Made by a program: the position numbers and the translations under genes. Of a stretch of DNA of 64,000 nt, positions 49,141 to 60,994 are shown piece after piece; position 1 is the first letter of the stretch; each line of letters opens with the position of its first letter. The stretch spans positions 1,612,001 to 1,676,000 of the forward strand of contig MU008164.1 in the NCBI GenBank assembly GCA_010909165.1, read 5' to 3'. Source of the DNA: Anthoceros angustus (taxonomy: Eukaryota; Plantae; Anthocerotophyta). The notes under the pieces were generated by a model that worked only from the letters and a program-made list of their open reading frames with translations, was not told where the DNA came from and did not search any database.

Positions 49141-50368
49141 TGCCATGCCACACCATGTTGCAGATTCTGTACAGCAGATCCTACAACCCACCTCTGCTAT
49201 TGCTCCATGCTCCATGGAGCTACATCAAGACCAAGACTGTACTGTCCTTGTGTGCGTGCTGCTGTGGCCTCCTCTTTGCTCCTTTGCTTAGCGTAGCTCC
49301 TTTGGCCTAGCTTTTCCAGGACTTGCGGAGTTCAGACAATTGGCCTTCAAGGCTTTATGCAGCTCTTAGATCGCATGCAACATACCAATTATACCATATT
49401 CTAAGTTGTATTGTATTCTCAAATTTGCATTCCTGGATGTCATCCTCTTTTCTCCTTCTCCTCCCTCTTCTCATTGCCTCCCGAGTCCCCAGCTGTTCAG
49501 CAATAACAAAGATACCTGCTAGTGGGCATAGTATCTTCCGCATTTCTGACTGAACCTCTTTTCACTTCTTTTTTTTTGTGGATTCACCCTTGCTTAGCTC
49601 CATTTACAATTTCAGACGTCATTGGCTACCTCAGCTTCCAGGTGTTCAGGGTGTACGGATTCATAAAGTCACGAGGTCAGCTGCACAGACCCAACAGAAC
49701 AGAATTCCCTCTTCCCTAGTCAACTTGTCAGCTCTCAGAAATTTAGGACCGGTACCGGACAAAAGCAGAATTGTCTGATTTTTCACCTTCGAGCCTCCAG
49801 GTTTCATTCTGCTTCGTCTTCACAATCGCAACTGTAAGCCTCGCCTTTCTGTGAATTTCTACATTGCGACAAATCTAATGGTCGAAACCGGTTCCCAGGA
49901 GTTTTACTAATCTTCACCATAGTATTACCCTTGACATTTCCCCGTCCCCTACCGTCCCGCCGGCTCCCCCCCACTCTCCCCCTCACCAGTTCCAGTGGTG
50001 AAATTTCATTTTTATCGGCCGCTCGTTCGGTTCCCGGGACCGGAACTTTTCCAACTAGGTACTTATTTTCGGTTTTCCACCGCACGGGGACCGGTGCTTT
50101 TCGAGACTCTCGGTCCCTCGGTTTCAGCTACGTATGTTGGAATCCTTTTCCAATTGCGAATATCTAAAAACTATTTTTAAAATATGAAATATATTATTTC
50201 GAAATCATCTATCGTCTGCTGTGGTTTCCAAGCTTGGGAAATTATATTCCAATTTCTTTCCTTCATACGAGAACCACATATAGATAAAACTTATCAATAT
50301 ATTAAGAGTGACAATGTCTATAGTAGCTCTCATGCAAAATCCCCTACTTGCATATAGATGTCTGATTG

Positions 50369-51096
50369 CCCCTAATTGGGAACTCTATAAATGGGATTCC
50401 TCTCTAAATGGGACCTCCATCCTCTCCCTTTAGTTTACAATTAGCAAAATTGGGACTTTTCCCAAAATAATAATTGGGACCTTTTGAACATACATTCATG
50501 TTGGTTTCACCTCCTAAATAGGATTTTTATTTTTACGGAAAAATTTAGAAAAGAAAAAGAATCGAAAGTGAAAAAGGAAGAGGAGCTTCGAAAATATTGA
50601 AGAGGAAGTAGCGACAATGTACCCCTACTAGGATAGACTATGGAAGATGCCATCAAAGGTTTGGAGGCGCAAGAACTTACGATATAGATGCCACACGACA
50701 CTACAGACTCTTTGGCGCTGCTTAATGTCTTTGAGAAACACGTGATTAGTCATCGTCTCAAAGTATTGTGGGTGCAAAGGAATATTGTCGATTATTTCAG
50801 AGCACAATAGACTTTTAGGTGTGATTGAAGACTCTTAAGCTAAGCTTTTCCTTTATGATAGGTAGAGGTTTTTAATCTTGCTTAGAGAGAGTGCTAGCTT
50901 TCAAGCAACTATGTAGAGAAGTGGTAAAAGTTATTTTTAGTGAAACCTATCAATCAAAATTTGAATTTCCTTTTTTATTTGGGTTTTGTTTTTGAATTTA
51001 TAATATTTTATTATTTTTAAATACGAAAAAAAATCTAATCGGACACCTCACTTAATGGGACCTCTAAAAGAACTCCAAACCAGTCCCAATTAGGGG
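50369..51096. mobile_element. Non-autonomous TIR element (MITE-like); re-copied at ~52400-53155 and in pieces at 55137-56115
   Basis: 13-bp perfect TIR CCCCTAATTGGGA...TCCCAATTAGGGG with subterminal AA(T)TGGGAC repeats at both ends and an AT-rich interior. No TSD seen. Confidence 0.55.
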
Positions 51097-54000
51097 AGGG
51101 GAGGGGAGGCGGAGGAAGGGAGGAAGGGGAGTGAAGCCTGTATGGAGCAATACATAACTCCCAAAGTCGTAATATGGACGAGATTAGTATTATCCACGAT
51201 GGGGGGTCAGGCGCCACCAAAGTCTTGCTCTTAGTTGTTAGAAGACCGGATGATAGCGCACTGAGCTAGCTAGGCCGAGATTCCAGCCATCTTCAAAATT
51301 AACGCTTGAATCGAACACGAGAGCCGATGAAGAGTTATGACACAACATCAAGGACGAGTGTAAGGAGAAAAGCACAATTATTCAATTAGAGACTACAGTT
51401 ATACCCTGCTCCGTCAAGCAGTTATCCACAAAGTACTTAGACTAACTCTGGATCTTGTTGCTCAAAAGCTTGCACACTATCCACCTCTGATCTTTCTAAG
51501 CGGCGAACGCGAAAAGCAAGGTCCACCAGATATTGTGTTGTCTGCTCAAGCTTATCCCACAGAAAAGATGATGGTGCATAGTATCTTCCGCATTTCTGAC
51601 TGAACCTCTTTTCACTTCTTTTTTGTGGATTCACCCTTGCTTAGCTCCATTTACAATTTCAGACGTCATTGGCTACCTCAGCTTCCAGGTGTTCAGGGTG
51701 TACGGATTCATAAAGTCACGAGGTCAGCTGCACAGACCCAACAGAACAGAATTCTCTTCCCTAGTCAACTTGTCAGCTCTCAGAAATTTAGGACCGGTAC
51801 CGGACAAAAGCAGAATTGTCTGATTTTTCACCTTCGAGCCTCAGGTTTCATTCTGCTTCGTCTTCACAATCGCAACTGTAAGCCTGCCTTTCTGTGAATT
51901 TCTACATTGCGACAAATCTAATGGTCGAAACCGGTTCCCAGGAGTTTTACTAATCTTCACCATAGTATTACCCTTGACATTTCCCCGTCCTCACTGTCCC
52001 GCCGGCTCCCCCACTCTCACCAGTTCCAGTGGTGAAATTTCATTTTATCGGCCGCTCGTTCGGTTCCCGGACCGGAACTTTTCCAACTAGGTACTTATTT
52101 TCGGTTTTCCACCGCACGGGGACCGGTGCTGAGACTCTCGGTCCCTCGGTTTCAGCTACGTATGTTGGAATCCTTTTCCAATTGCGAATATCTAAAAACT
52201 ATTTTTAAAATATGAAATATATTATTTCGAAATCATCTATCGTCTGCTGTGGTTTCCAAGCTTGGGAAATTATATTCCAATTTCTTTCCTTCATACGAGA
52301 ACCACATATAGATAAAACTTATCAATATATTAAGAGTGACAATGTCTATAGTAGCTCTCATGCAAAATCCCCTACTTGCATATAGATGTATACAGTTGCC
52401 CCCCCCTAATTGGGAACTCTATAAATGGGATTCCTCTCTAAATGGGACCTCCGATCCTCTCCCTTTAGTTTACAGTGTAAAAATTGGGACTTTTCCCAAA
52501 ATAATAATTGGGACCTTTTGAACATACATTCATGTTAGTTTCACCTCCCTAAATAGGATTTTTTATTTTTTTACGGAAAAAATTTAGAAAAGAAAAAAGA
52601 ATCGAAAGCTGAAAAAAGGAAGAGGAGCTTGCCGAAAATATTGAAGAGGAAGTAGCGACAATGCCACCCCTACTAGGATAGACTATGGAAGATGCCATCA
52701 AAGGTTTGGAGGCAGCAAGAACTTACCTGATATAGATGCCACACGACACTACAGACTCTTTGGCGCTGCTTAATGTCTTTGAGAAACACGTGATTAGTCA
52801 TCGTCTCAAAGTATTGTGGGTGCAAAGGAATATTGTCGATTATTTCAGAGCACAATAGACTTTTAGGTGTGATTGAAGACTCTTAAGCTAAGCTTTTTCC
52901 TTTATGATAGGTAGAGGTTTTTAATGCCGCTTAGAGAGAGTGCTAGCTTTCAAGCAACTATGTAGAGAAGTGGTAAAAGTTATTTTTAGTGAAACCTATC
53001 AATCAAAATTTGAATTTCCTTTTTTTATTTGGGTTTTTGTTTTTTTGAATTTATAATATTTTATTATTTTTAAATACGAAAAAAAATCTAATCGGGACAC
53101 CTCACTTAATGGGACCTCTAAAAGAACTCCAAACCACCCCAATTAGGGGAGGGGAGGGGAGGCGGAGGAAGGGAGGAAGGGGAGTGAACTATATGGAATG
53201 ATACATAACTCCCAAAGTCGTAATATGGACGAGATTAGTATTATCCACGATGGGGGTCAGCGCCACCAAAGTCTTGCTCTTAGTTGTTAGAAGACCGGAT
53301 GATAGCGCCGAGCTAGCTAGGCCGAGATTCCACCATCTTCAAAATTAACGCTTGAATCGAACACGAGAGCCGATGAAGAGTTATGACACAACATCAAGGA
53401 CGAGTGTAAGGAGAAAAGCACAATTATTCAATTAGAGACTACGGTTATACCACCTCAAGCGATTATCCACAAAGTACTTAGACTAACTCGGATCTTGTTG
53501 CTCAAAAGCTTGCACACTATCCACCTCGATCTTTCTAAGCGTGACAGCAAGGTCCACGAGATATTGTGTTATGCTCAAGCTTATCCTACGAAAAGATGAT
53601 GGTGATGGAGGTTGTGGTTTCGCCAATTGTCATCAAGCTCCAAATCCTCGACCTTCAAAGGCGGATGTGTATAGCGCTCAAATCAATTGGATAGTAAGTC
53701 CGACCTAGACCACGAGGCGGATCGAATGCAAGCGAATATCGAGAAAATCTAGATGGAGGAAAACCGGAACTTTTCCAATTGCGAATATCTAAAACTATTT
53801 TTAAATACGAAAAAAAATCTAATCGGGACACCTCACTTAATGGGACCTCTAAAAGAACTCCAAACCGGTCCATACCGGTTTGGTAGCTCCTTTGGCCTAG
53901 CTTTTCCAGGACTTGCGGAGTTCAGACAATTGGCCTTCAAGGCTTTATGCAGCTCTTAGATCGCATGCAACATACCAATTATACCATATTCTAAGTTGTA

Positions 54001-56239
54001 TTGTATTCTCAAATTTGCATTCCTGGATGTCATCCTCTTTCTCCTTCTCCTCCCTCTTCTCATTGCCTCCCGAGTCCCCAGCTGTTCAGCAATAACAAAG
54101 ATACCTGCTAGTGGGCATAGTATCTTCCGCATTTCTGACTGAACCTCTTTTCACTTCTTTTTTGTGGATTCACCCTTGCTTAGCTCCATTTACAATTTCA
54201 GACGTCATTGGCTACCTCAGCTTCCAGGTGTTCAGGGTGTACGGATTCATAAAGTCACGAGGTCAGCTGCACAGACCCAACAGAACAGAATTCTCTTCCC
54301 TAGTCAACTTGTCAGCTCTCAGAAATTTAGGACCGGTACCGGACAAAAGCAGAATTGTCTGATTTTTCACCTTCGAGCCTCCAGGTTTCATTCTGCTTCG
54401 TCTTCACAATCGCAACTGTAAGCCTCGCCTTTCTGTGAATTTCACATTGCGACAAATCTAATGGTCGAAACCGGTTCCCAGGAGTTTTACTAATCTAATC
54501 GGGACACCTCACTTAATGGGACCTCCGATCCTCTCCCTTTAGTTCTGATTAGCATTAATTAATCTAATTACTCATCTTTAAGTAAGTAATTAGTGTTAAT
54601 TAATCTAAGGTGCTTATGCTAATTAAGCATTGATTAGTGTTAATTAATCTAATGGTCGAAACCGGTTCCCAGGAGTTTTACTAATCTTCACCATAGTATT
54701 ACCCTTGACATTTCCCCGTCCCCTACCGTCCCTGGCTCCCCCACTCTCCCCTCACCAGTTCCAGTGGTGAAATTTCATTTTATCGGCCGCTCGTTCGGTT
54801 CCCGGGACCGGAACTTTTCCAACTAGGTACTTATTTTCGGTTTTCCACCGCACGGGGACCGGTGCTTTCGAGACTCTCGGTCCCTCGGTTTCAGCTACGT
54901 ATGTTGGAATCCTTTTCCAATTGCGAATATCTAAAACTATTTTTAAAATATGAAATATATTATTTCGAAATCATCTATCGTCTGCTGTGGTTTCCAAGCT
55001 TGGGAAATTATATTCCAATTTCTTTCCTTCATACGAGAACCACATATAGATAAAACTTATCAATATATTAAGAGTGACAATGTCTATAGTAGCTCTCATG
55101 CAAAATCCCCTACTTGCATATAGATGTATCTGATTGCCCCTAATTGGGACCTTTTGAACATACATTCATGTTAGTTTCACCTCCTAAATAGGATTTTTAT
55201 TTTTAAAATATGAAATATATTATTTCGAAATCATCTATCGTCTGCTGTGGTTTCCAAGCTTGGGAAATTATATTCCAATTTCTTTCCTTCATACGAGAAC
55301 CACATATAGATGCCACACGACACTCTGGACTCTTTGGCGCTTAATGTCTTTGAGAAACACGTGATTAGTCATCGTCTCAAAGTATTGTGGGTGCAAAGGA
55401 ATATTGTCGATTATTTGAGCACAATAGACTTTTAGGTGTGATTGAAGACTCTTAAGCTAAGCTTTTCCTTTTTTATTTTTAAAATATGAAATATATTATT
55501 TCGAAATCATCTATCGTCTGCTGTGGCCTCCTCTTTGCTCCTTTGGCCTAGCTTTTCCTTTATGATAGGTAGAGGTTTTTAATCTTTGCTTAGCTCCATT
55601 TACAATTTCAGACGTCATTGGCTACCTCAGCTTCCAGGTGTTCAGGGTGTACGGATTCATAAAGTCACGAGGTCAGCTGCACAGACCCAACAGAACAGAA
55701 TTCTCTTCCCTAGTCAACTTGTCAGCTCTCAGAAATTTAGGACCGGTGCTTTGAGAAACACGTGATTAGTCATCGTCTCAAAGTATTGTGGGTGCAAAGG
55801 AATATTGTCGATTATTTGAGCACAATAGACTTTTAGGTGTGATTGAAGACTCTTAAGCTAAGCTTTTCCTTTATGATAGGTAGAGGTTTTTAATCTTTGC
55901 TTAGAGAGAGTGCTAGCTTTCAAGCAACTATGTAGAGAAGTGGTAAAAGTTATTTTTAGTGAAACCTATCAATCAAAATTTGAATTTCCTTTTTTATTTG
56001 GGTTTTGTTTTTGAATTTATAATATTTTATTATTTTTAAATACGAAAAAAAATCTAATCGGGACACCTCACTTAATGGGACCTCTAAAAGAACTCCAAAC
56101 CACCCAATTAGGGGAGGGAGGGGAGGCGGAGGGAAGGGAGGAAGGGAGGAAGGGGAGTGAGCTGTATGGAGCATGATACATAACTCCCAAAGTCGTAATA
56201 TGGACGAGATTAGTATTATCCACGATGGGGGGTCAGGCG

Positions 56240-56860
56240 CCACCAAAGTCTTGCTCTTAGTTGTTAGAAGACCGGATGATAGCGCCGAGAGCTAGCTAGG
56301 CCGAGATTCCACCATCTTCAAAATTAACGCTTGAATCGAACACGAGAGCCGATGAAGAGTTATGACACAACATCAAGGACGAGTGTAAGGAGAAAAGCAC
56401 AATTATTCAATTAGAGACTAATTTCTGCCCGTCAAGCGCTTATCCACAAAGTACTTAGACTAACTCGGATCTTGTTGCTCAAAAGCTTGCACACTATCCA
56501 CCTCGATCTTTCTAAGCGTGACAGCAAGGTCCACCAGATATTGTGTTGTCTGCTCAAGCTTATCCCACAGAAAAGATGATGGTGATGGAGGTTGTGGTTT
56601 CGCCAAATTGTCATCAAGCTCCAAATCCTCGACCTTCAAAGGCGGATGTGTATAGCGCTCGAAATCAATTGGATAGTAAGTCCAGCCTAGACCACGAGGC
56701 AGATCGAATGCAAGCGAAATATCAGTAGAAAATCTAGATGGAGGAAAACCAGGCGGAACTTGTAAGGTGGCACAATGTGAAACAGCGGCGGAAGAAATTG
56801 GTTCAGATTCGGTGCCCAAAATAACCGGGTCCATACCGGTTTGGGTAGCTCCCCCCTTAA
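56240..56860 (-). mobile_element. Degenerate LTR-like segment preceded by a polypurine tract (5'-truncated re-copies at 51215-51580 and 53250-53760)
   Basis: Minus strand TTTTAAGGGGGGAG (PPT-like) at ~56860-56847 is followed by ~600 bp ending near TGGTGGCGCC. Termini are not canonical. Confidence 0.35.
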
Positions 56861-56964
56861 AAGCGAAACAGTAACTTAAGTTGCCGCTTCGTGGAGGGTG
56901 GTAAACTTACCATTATCCAGACATGTAGACATCCCACACAGTTTCAACTCATTCAATTCTTCGG

Positions 56965-57561
56965 TGTCATGCCGTGTGATACTAATCTCTGCACTTGGGT
57001 TTAGTGTTTGATTAGCATTAATTAATCTAATTACTCATCTTTAAGTAAGTAATTAGTGTTAATTAATCTAAGGTGCTTATGCTAATTAAGCATTGATTAG
57101 TGTTAATTAATCTAATGTGCTTATGTTAATTAAGCATTGATTAGTGTTAATTAAACATGGTTAGCAATAGCTAAGTGGATAAGCTCAAGTAATGCTTTGG
57201 CATATTCCTTGCATATTATAGTGTATTCTTAGGATATTTCGGCATATCACGCCAATAGGATATCTTAGGAATATCTGATCTTGGGGTCAGTATATATAGA
57301 CCCTTCCATCGAGACAGTGAGATCATAGCTTGTCCTTCAGATATGCAACGCAAGCAAGGAGGCCAAAGCTATGACTCCGAGAGCAATGTGTGAGGAATTT
57401 GCGTGTTGTTCTCGTGGGGAAAGTGTGTTTGTGCCACGACGTGCGAGCTACTCCCTCCTGGTGTTATTGGTTGCACCTATATATCTGCGTATTAGATTTG
57501 TTTGCTTGGTTGTTGGTCGAGGAAGTGCTTATATGAATTCAAGTGCTTACCTCGTGCGACA
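56965..57561 (+). mobile_element. Solo-LTR candidate
   Basis: TGTC...GACA termini, internal ~40-bp AT-rich tandem repeats (57050-57155) and a TATATATAG box (~57291). No clean TSD. Confidence 0.5.
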
Positions 57562-59946
57562 TCGCCGACATTGTCCTTAGGGTATTCCACATGGAGGGCA
57601 TTCCCCCAATCCAAATATCAGGTTCGAAGTCCCAACAACTTGCAATTGGTTGGAAGTTGGTTGAATCACTAGCGGGGGCTCCTAGTGGCCAGTGAAGTAA
57701 GCTTCAGGAATGTCTGCAGCACATTCTACAACAGCGTTCTTTATGATGCGAGCAATTTGTAGTGCGTCGACCACAGCATTAGGCTCCATCAGGCATCAAG
57801 TTGTAGTTTCTACGTCTTCAGATTGAATTTTTTGCAACAATCTCATGCCCTTGATGTAATCTTTGATCTGCAAATCGCCTGCTACAACGCGCCTCGCTGC
57901 TGGAGATGTGACGCGCTCCAGTGTCAATTGCACCTTGGGCGCCTCTTATGCCGCCTCCTGCACAAATCCAGGGGATCTCACACACCCCACTTGTTCGAAT
58001 CTGAAAGAGGGTGAGCCGGTAGGAGGCCAACAATCTGCAAGCAGTTGGTCGATGTGTGGCCTGGGAGAGTGTGGAGCAGAGTGTCCAAGGGAAGCGCCTC
58101 TCACAAGGTCGTCCTCAGACCAGCCGTGTCAAAGACATCCAAGACTCAGACATTGACATCTTGTGCTTGCTTGAGATTTTGGAAATTCGTCAATTCTAAA
58201 AGAGTAATAATGTGGCAGAAGACTCTCCACAGATGGCAGGCGTCCAAGTAGCCACGCTCTATCCAGCAGCATCTAAAGCAAAACATCCATCCCAATTTCT
58301 CCATGAGATTGAACTCATCTAGGTGTTGAGCTCAGCCCAAAGTAGCCGGAACATGGGCGAGTTGCAGGGCGTGTAGCCGGACTGTGGGCGAGTTGCAGGG
58401 CGCGTTGCCCGAGGTGTTGAGCAATCAGAAGACCGCCCAAATCACCGATTGTTCTAGCGAAATCTGGCCATCGTGATCTTGTGGTGAGCGCGTCTGAAAA
58501 TCCAGGCCAAAAATAAGAGAAGAAGAGGGAGAGAGACTAAGTGCTTCTCCCCAAACTTTTCAACCTCATTTTATGGTATTGTTACTTCATATGTCAAAGG
58601 ATTCAGATATGTAACACGCCCAAGGATCCTCCGTCACCCTTACTCTTAGAATATCAGGTTCTAAATCTCCAAAAAAAAAAGGGGGTTCTGGACTTACTGA
58701 CAAGTCCCTCATCCTCTTTTCTAATCTAATCCAACAGGGGAGTAGATTAGACAAGAGTAGATTCCTTTTAAGCACTCTGATCATGGCAGCATTCTCCTCA
58801 TGATCTATGACGACAAATTATCTACGTGGAGAGCTATGGGTCTACACGTGCTCTAATACATTGCGGAAGCGATTGCATCAAAGATGCTTTCTTAGCAATT
58901 TAATTAAAGTGTATCAAAGGTAGGCCTTAAATAACGGTTTACGAACGGGTGTGTCCTTTCAACTAGCCTGCTAGTTAACTAACTGCTCTTTATAGCTAGG
59001 TCTAATTAGACTAACCTACGTGATACAGAACCACGTGGTCTGCCTTATTTCTAACTCATAACCATCCTCTCGAATTCTCACAGTGCATAATTCTTTAGAG
59101 AACCATCATATGATTGTAGCCCAAAGCTTGAAGCTCTACGTGCAAGTGGGAGTGTTATAGGGCGATAACGCACTTGTGTTATAGGACGATAACGCTCTTG
59201 AGCTAGTTATGTTACGTAATTAAAACAACTTTCGTCTCTAAGTCGCAAGTCTGCATGTAGAAAGGAAAGGCAAGTCATTTCAGTGAAGACGCTTTTGTCT
59301 ATCATGTTTACTCTCATGCTCACACACTTGTCACAAATCCATCTCATTATCGTAGTTTGTTAACTCTTCCTCCACCAAAATCTCTTATTGGTCGTTGCAA
59401 GGCTCCGAGGTTAAGGCCTCTTCTTTTTCAATTAGATTTAATCAAAAAATATATGTATACAATGAGATGACGAATTAAGTATTTTTAGCGATGCTGGGAG
59501 GCATTGCTTATGGTGATGGCAAAGGTGTGTGAACAACAACGATGATAGGTGTGATATGTCAAAGGGCCTCACGGGGATTTGAAGTGTCCCCAGGGGTTAA
59601 GCGTGATTGAAGGGCATCATCACGTTCAAACCTTCTTAAAAACCTTGGTGTCAAAACTTCAAGTCGTGTGCCGAAGCCTATTATGCTCGTAGGCATAGTG
59701 TGGGGCTATCTCTTTCCTACTTCACGGTATTCTTTTGGCAACGTGTTTCCATTGCCTTCCGAAAGACATTTGTAGCGGCATTGTCTTCCAAAGGACATTT
59801 GCAGAGGCAATTTTTTGGGGTGCCCTTTTCTAGTAGGGTGGGTACCTTGTCCCATTGAAGCGATCTTTCTCCTTCAGTTCTGACGTGTATGTTGCCTTGA
59901 TGGTAGTGGCAGCCATTACTACAGGCTGGTTAAAGTTGACAGCAGA

Positions 59947-60064
59947 CTGTATGAGGCTTAGGCTCTGGAACTGACCAATTAAGGCGTCTATGGATGCAAC
60001 AAAACCTGTATGAGGCTTAGGCTCTGGAACTGACCAATTAAGGCGTCTATGGATGCAACAAAAC
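59947..60064. repeat. Perfect 59-bp tandem duplication
   Basis: CTGTATGAGGCTTAGGCTCTGGAACTGACCAATTAAGGCGTCTATGGATGCAACAAAAC occurs twice. Confidence 0.95.
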
Positions 60065-60994
60065 CTGCTGACATAAGATCTTAACAAGTTAACTAGAGCT
60101 ATGGCCCTAGTGACACAGGTTAGTAGCTTAGGCCCACTAGATTTCTTTACTTTTAGATTATATACTTTCTAACATTAGCATTGCAGGCTAGGATCGGAGG
60201 GGAAGGGTGAGTTCGAAAGGGGAGGGGATACGAAAGTATTCTTGCCTCTTCGTACTCATCCTTTCCTTCATATCCCGTCTATTTATGCTTAGTTTAGACT
60301 AATAATACTTTTAGGTGTGAACAGACATGACTTAATTAACTATTTTTCAAAAAGGCATGTTCTTTCAGCTGAACCCTAACTGTCACTTCTTGGTGTCTTT
60401 ACAGGTGGACCACTAACACTCTAAAGGATGCAAGAATGCCAAGGGACACCTCTCTTATTGTAGCTTTTCAGATCCATGGCCTCAACAACGCCGGGTGTGG
60501 GCGCCTTCGGCTGTCCAGCAGCGGAAGCAAGGAAAGGTCATCGCAACGACGACAGATGATGCATCTTCCTCTACTTTAATAGTGTGTAGACCTTTCGATA
60601 CGTTCCTATGTATGAAACTGTAGCCGCAATAGATTCCTTTAGATGGAACGTAATTACTCCTTTCTACCCCAACCCTTATTATGTCATTTGCTACATGAAC
60701 TCTTCTCATATCTCTCCTCCCTCAATAAAGTTGTCCATATGATTTATTATATATCATAGAGACTTATTATTTAATAAGTTTCACGAAAATCTCTTTTGAG
60801 AAAAAGTTTCACGAGCTGCAATGTTACCCGGCCCTTAAAGCTGCTACCGGGCGATAAATACATCGTGGACGGGAGTTGTGGTAGGCAGCGGGACTGTACG
60901 GCACAAGATGACGTGAATAATCTACAAATATTGAAGTATTTCATTCTCCACCTTCCGAGGTGTTCCGTCGCTTCCTTGCAACTTCGGTCTTAAG

